From a virus (lineage: Duplodnaviria > Caudoviricetes), in IMG/VR virus record IMGVR_UViG_3300044657_000031, positions 1 through 28,319 of that record: DNA of 28,319 bases; one strand, given 5' to 3'. The position numbers and the translations under genes were made by a program. The notes beneath the pieces are model-generated. The model ran no database searches, had not been told where the DNA came from, and saw only the letters and a program-made list of their open reading frames with translations. This document shows positions 26,811 to 28,319 of this stretch, piece by piece; position 1 is the first letter of the stretch, and each line of letters opens with the position of its first letter.

Positions 26811-26943
26811 GTTCATTCTCCTTTTCCTTCTGTTTAAGTTTCTGCCATTCTTCATAGCTAGGATGGCTACGTGGGGGGTTGAACTGTACCCAACCATCCC
26901 CACGCTTCCACACTAACTTACCACTAAGCTGCTTCGATGTCAA
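26803..26943 (-). CDS. Small Trp-rich ORF missing from the ORF track (46 aa, MTSKQLSGKLVWKRGDGWVQFNPPRSHPSYEEWQKLKQKEKENEHE)
   Basis: An open frame fills the nrdJ-to-next-gene gap and overlaps both neighbours. The start is TTG, or an internal GTG. Confidence 0.45.
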   Translation of the reverse strand: MTSKQLSGKLVWKRGDGWVQFNPPRSHPSYEEWQKLKQKEKENEHE

Positions 26944-28318
26944 CTATTTCACATACCCCTGCAGTACAAGCTAACTCACGCCCACCTGAAGTTGTATCCT
27001 CTTTCTCAAACTCTTGCAACAATGACCAGTCTACATTCTTTGGCATCTTTGTCAAGAACTCTTTGTAATTATCTTCATCAATGTCCTGATAAGGTGCTTG
27101 TTGGTATGTATGCTCACTGAATGGCAGGAAGCTGATACCAGATACCTCATCAAAATGTTCATACACCCAAGAGCCTACGCTCATCCATTCATTTTCCTTC
27201 ACAGAAATTGTTACGCTAGGCTTATGTTCGCACCAATGCCGCTGGTATGTGAGCCATAGTTTAAGCTGCTCAATAGCTGTCATTTCAGTACGAGTTACTG
27301 CGTTCTTAGGTGACTTCATAGGGAAGCTGAACACTGTTGTTGAGTCGGGTTTCATTACATCAGGTTCAGCAGGGATTCCCTGTGAAATAAGGAACTGTGT
27401 TAGTGGGTCTTTATTGTCACCACGTACTGTACGAATGTAGTATGGATTGTGACGAGCGTGAATACCACTGGCAGCATCAGTAAGCTGTGATACTGTACCA
27501 CTAGGCTTGACACAAGTGACAGCAGTTGACTGTGGTATCTTAAGCTGTTTAGCCATAGCCTTGTTAGATTCAACAGCTACAGAACGTAACAACTCAAGCA
27601 CTGTTTCCAACTTACCACCTGCAGTGGCTGTCAGTTCATTGTCCATGATGCCTGTAAGTGACACACCTAGCAACCGTTCTTCCTCTGTGTTCTTCTGCCA
27701 AATCTTGCGCAGATAACGGAAGTTAGTCAGTGTTGCTTGGAATGTACCAAGAATGGTGGCAAGGCGTACCTTTTCTTTGAGAGTTTCTACTGTATCATTC
27801 TCACGTACAACTACCTCTGATAAATTGCAGAACTGATATGGACGTAAAATGATTTCACTGCAAGGGTTGCAACCGAAGTCATGCTCAACATCACGTCTAC
27901 CATTCTTAGCTGCCTGCTTCTTAGCTGACTGACGATTAAAGATGCCACGCTCACCTGACTTGCTGTCATACAAAGACAACCACTCACGCATGAATGTACC
28001 CATCTCAGGCTTAGTTTTGTACGCCACAGAGTTATTAGCCAACGCACGTTGCCCTTCGTTCTCCCACCACTGACCTGACTTAGCATGTGCCATCTGGTCA
28101 TCATTAAGATTAGACAATGAAATCAATGCGCTACGGCGTACACCACCGACAACTACAACCTCACCAATCTTACACATAATGTCGTGACATTCAATTGGGT
28201 ATAGCCTACGTCCAGCAGCACCCTTGAACTTTTGAATACAAAACTCAAACAGTTCTACAAGGGGCTGTGGACCTGATGCACGACCGCCAAAAGTCTTTAG
28301 CCGTGCGCCAGCAGGACG
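26924..28318 (-). CDS. nrdJ: Class II (adenosylcobalamin-dependent) ribonucleotide reductase, monomeric RTPR type (5'-truncated by the window edge)
   Basis: The frame is open to the window end (RPAGARLKTFGGRASGP...). It has VVVGGVRRSALISLS, GCNPCSEI (thiyl radical motif), CVKPSGTVSQL and the C-terminal CTAGVC redox pair. Confidence 0.93.
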   Translation of the reverse strand, partial: RPAGARLKTFGGRASGPQPLVELFEFCIQKFKGAAGRRLYPIECHDIMCKIGEVVVVGGVRRSALISLSNLNDDQMAHAKSGQWWENEGQRALANNSVAYKTKPEMGTFMREWLSLYDSKSGERGIFNRQSAKKQAAKNGRRDVEHDFGCNPCSEIILRPYQFCNLSEVVVRENDTVETLKEKVRLATILGTFQATLTNFRYLRKIWQKNTEEERLLGVSLTGIMDNELTATAGGKLETVLELLRSVAVESNKAMAKQLKIPQSTAVTCVKPSGTVSQLTDAASGIHARHNPYYIRTVRGDNKDPLTQFLISQGIPAEPDVMKPDSTTVFSFPMKSPKNAVTRTEMTAIEQLKLWLTYQRHWCEHKPSVTISVKENEWMSVGSWVYEHFDEVSGISFLPFSEHTYQQAPYQDIDEDNYKEFLTKMPKNVDWSLLQEFEKEDTTSGGRELACTAGVCEIVDIEAA

Positions 28319-28319
28319 T

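Noticed and set aside
26811-26903. ORF-track N-terminal extension of 26580..26903
   Set aside because: A strong AGGAG RBS supports the start at 26810, and the upstream region is better explained by the 46-aa ORF in another frame.

Overview
This window is part of a tailed dsDNA bacteriophage genome with podovirus-like morphogenesis genes. The layout resembles marine alphaproteobacterial HMO-2011/SIO1/cobavirus-like phages; this assignment is from gene content only. The + strand arm (1-25963) runs: terminase large subunit (partial), portal, two post-portal probable virion/cargo proteins, scaffold, major capsid protein, probable decoration/fibre proteins, tail adaptor and nozzle, a tail fibre with an S74 chaperone, a small membrane protein and several probable internal (ejection) proteins. 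It meets the - strand arm at a hairpin terminator near 25970-25995. The - strand arm carries MazG, an RMF-like protein, small ORFs and a partial class II B12-dependent ribonucleotide reductase. The most unusual signals are in the probable internal virion proteins. (i) Two of them end in different Cys-initiated domains after a Gly-containing linker: a non-splicing Hint domain, and a CWVAREVYG domain resembling CFI-box-CTERM. (ii) Three share a recurring [FMY]xxGGx[V/hydrophobic] motif at module boundaries, and two of those share a D-x-h-x-A-x-h-[ST]-x-x-E module. (iii) The post-portal protein has a pre-toxin-like plus cargo N-terminal extension. Together these suggest an uncharacterised system for tagging, processing and delivering capsid-packaged proteins. 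A structured leader of about 200 nt precedes the capsid gene. I found no CRISPR array, tRNA, rRNA or IS element.
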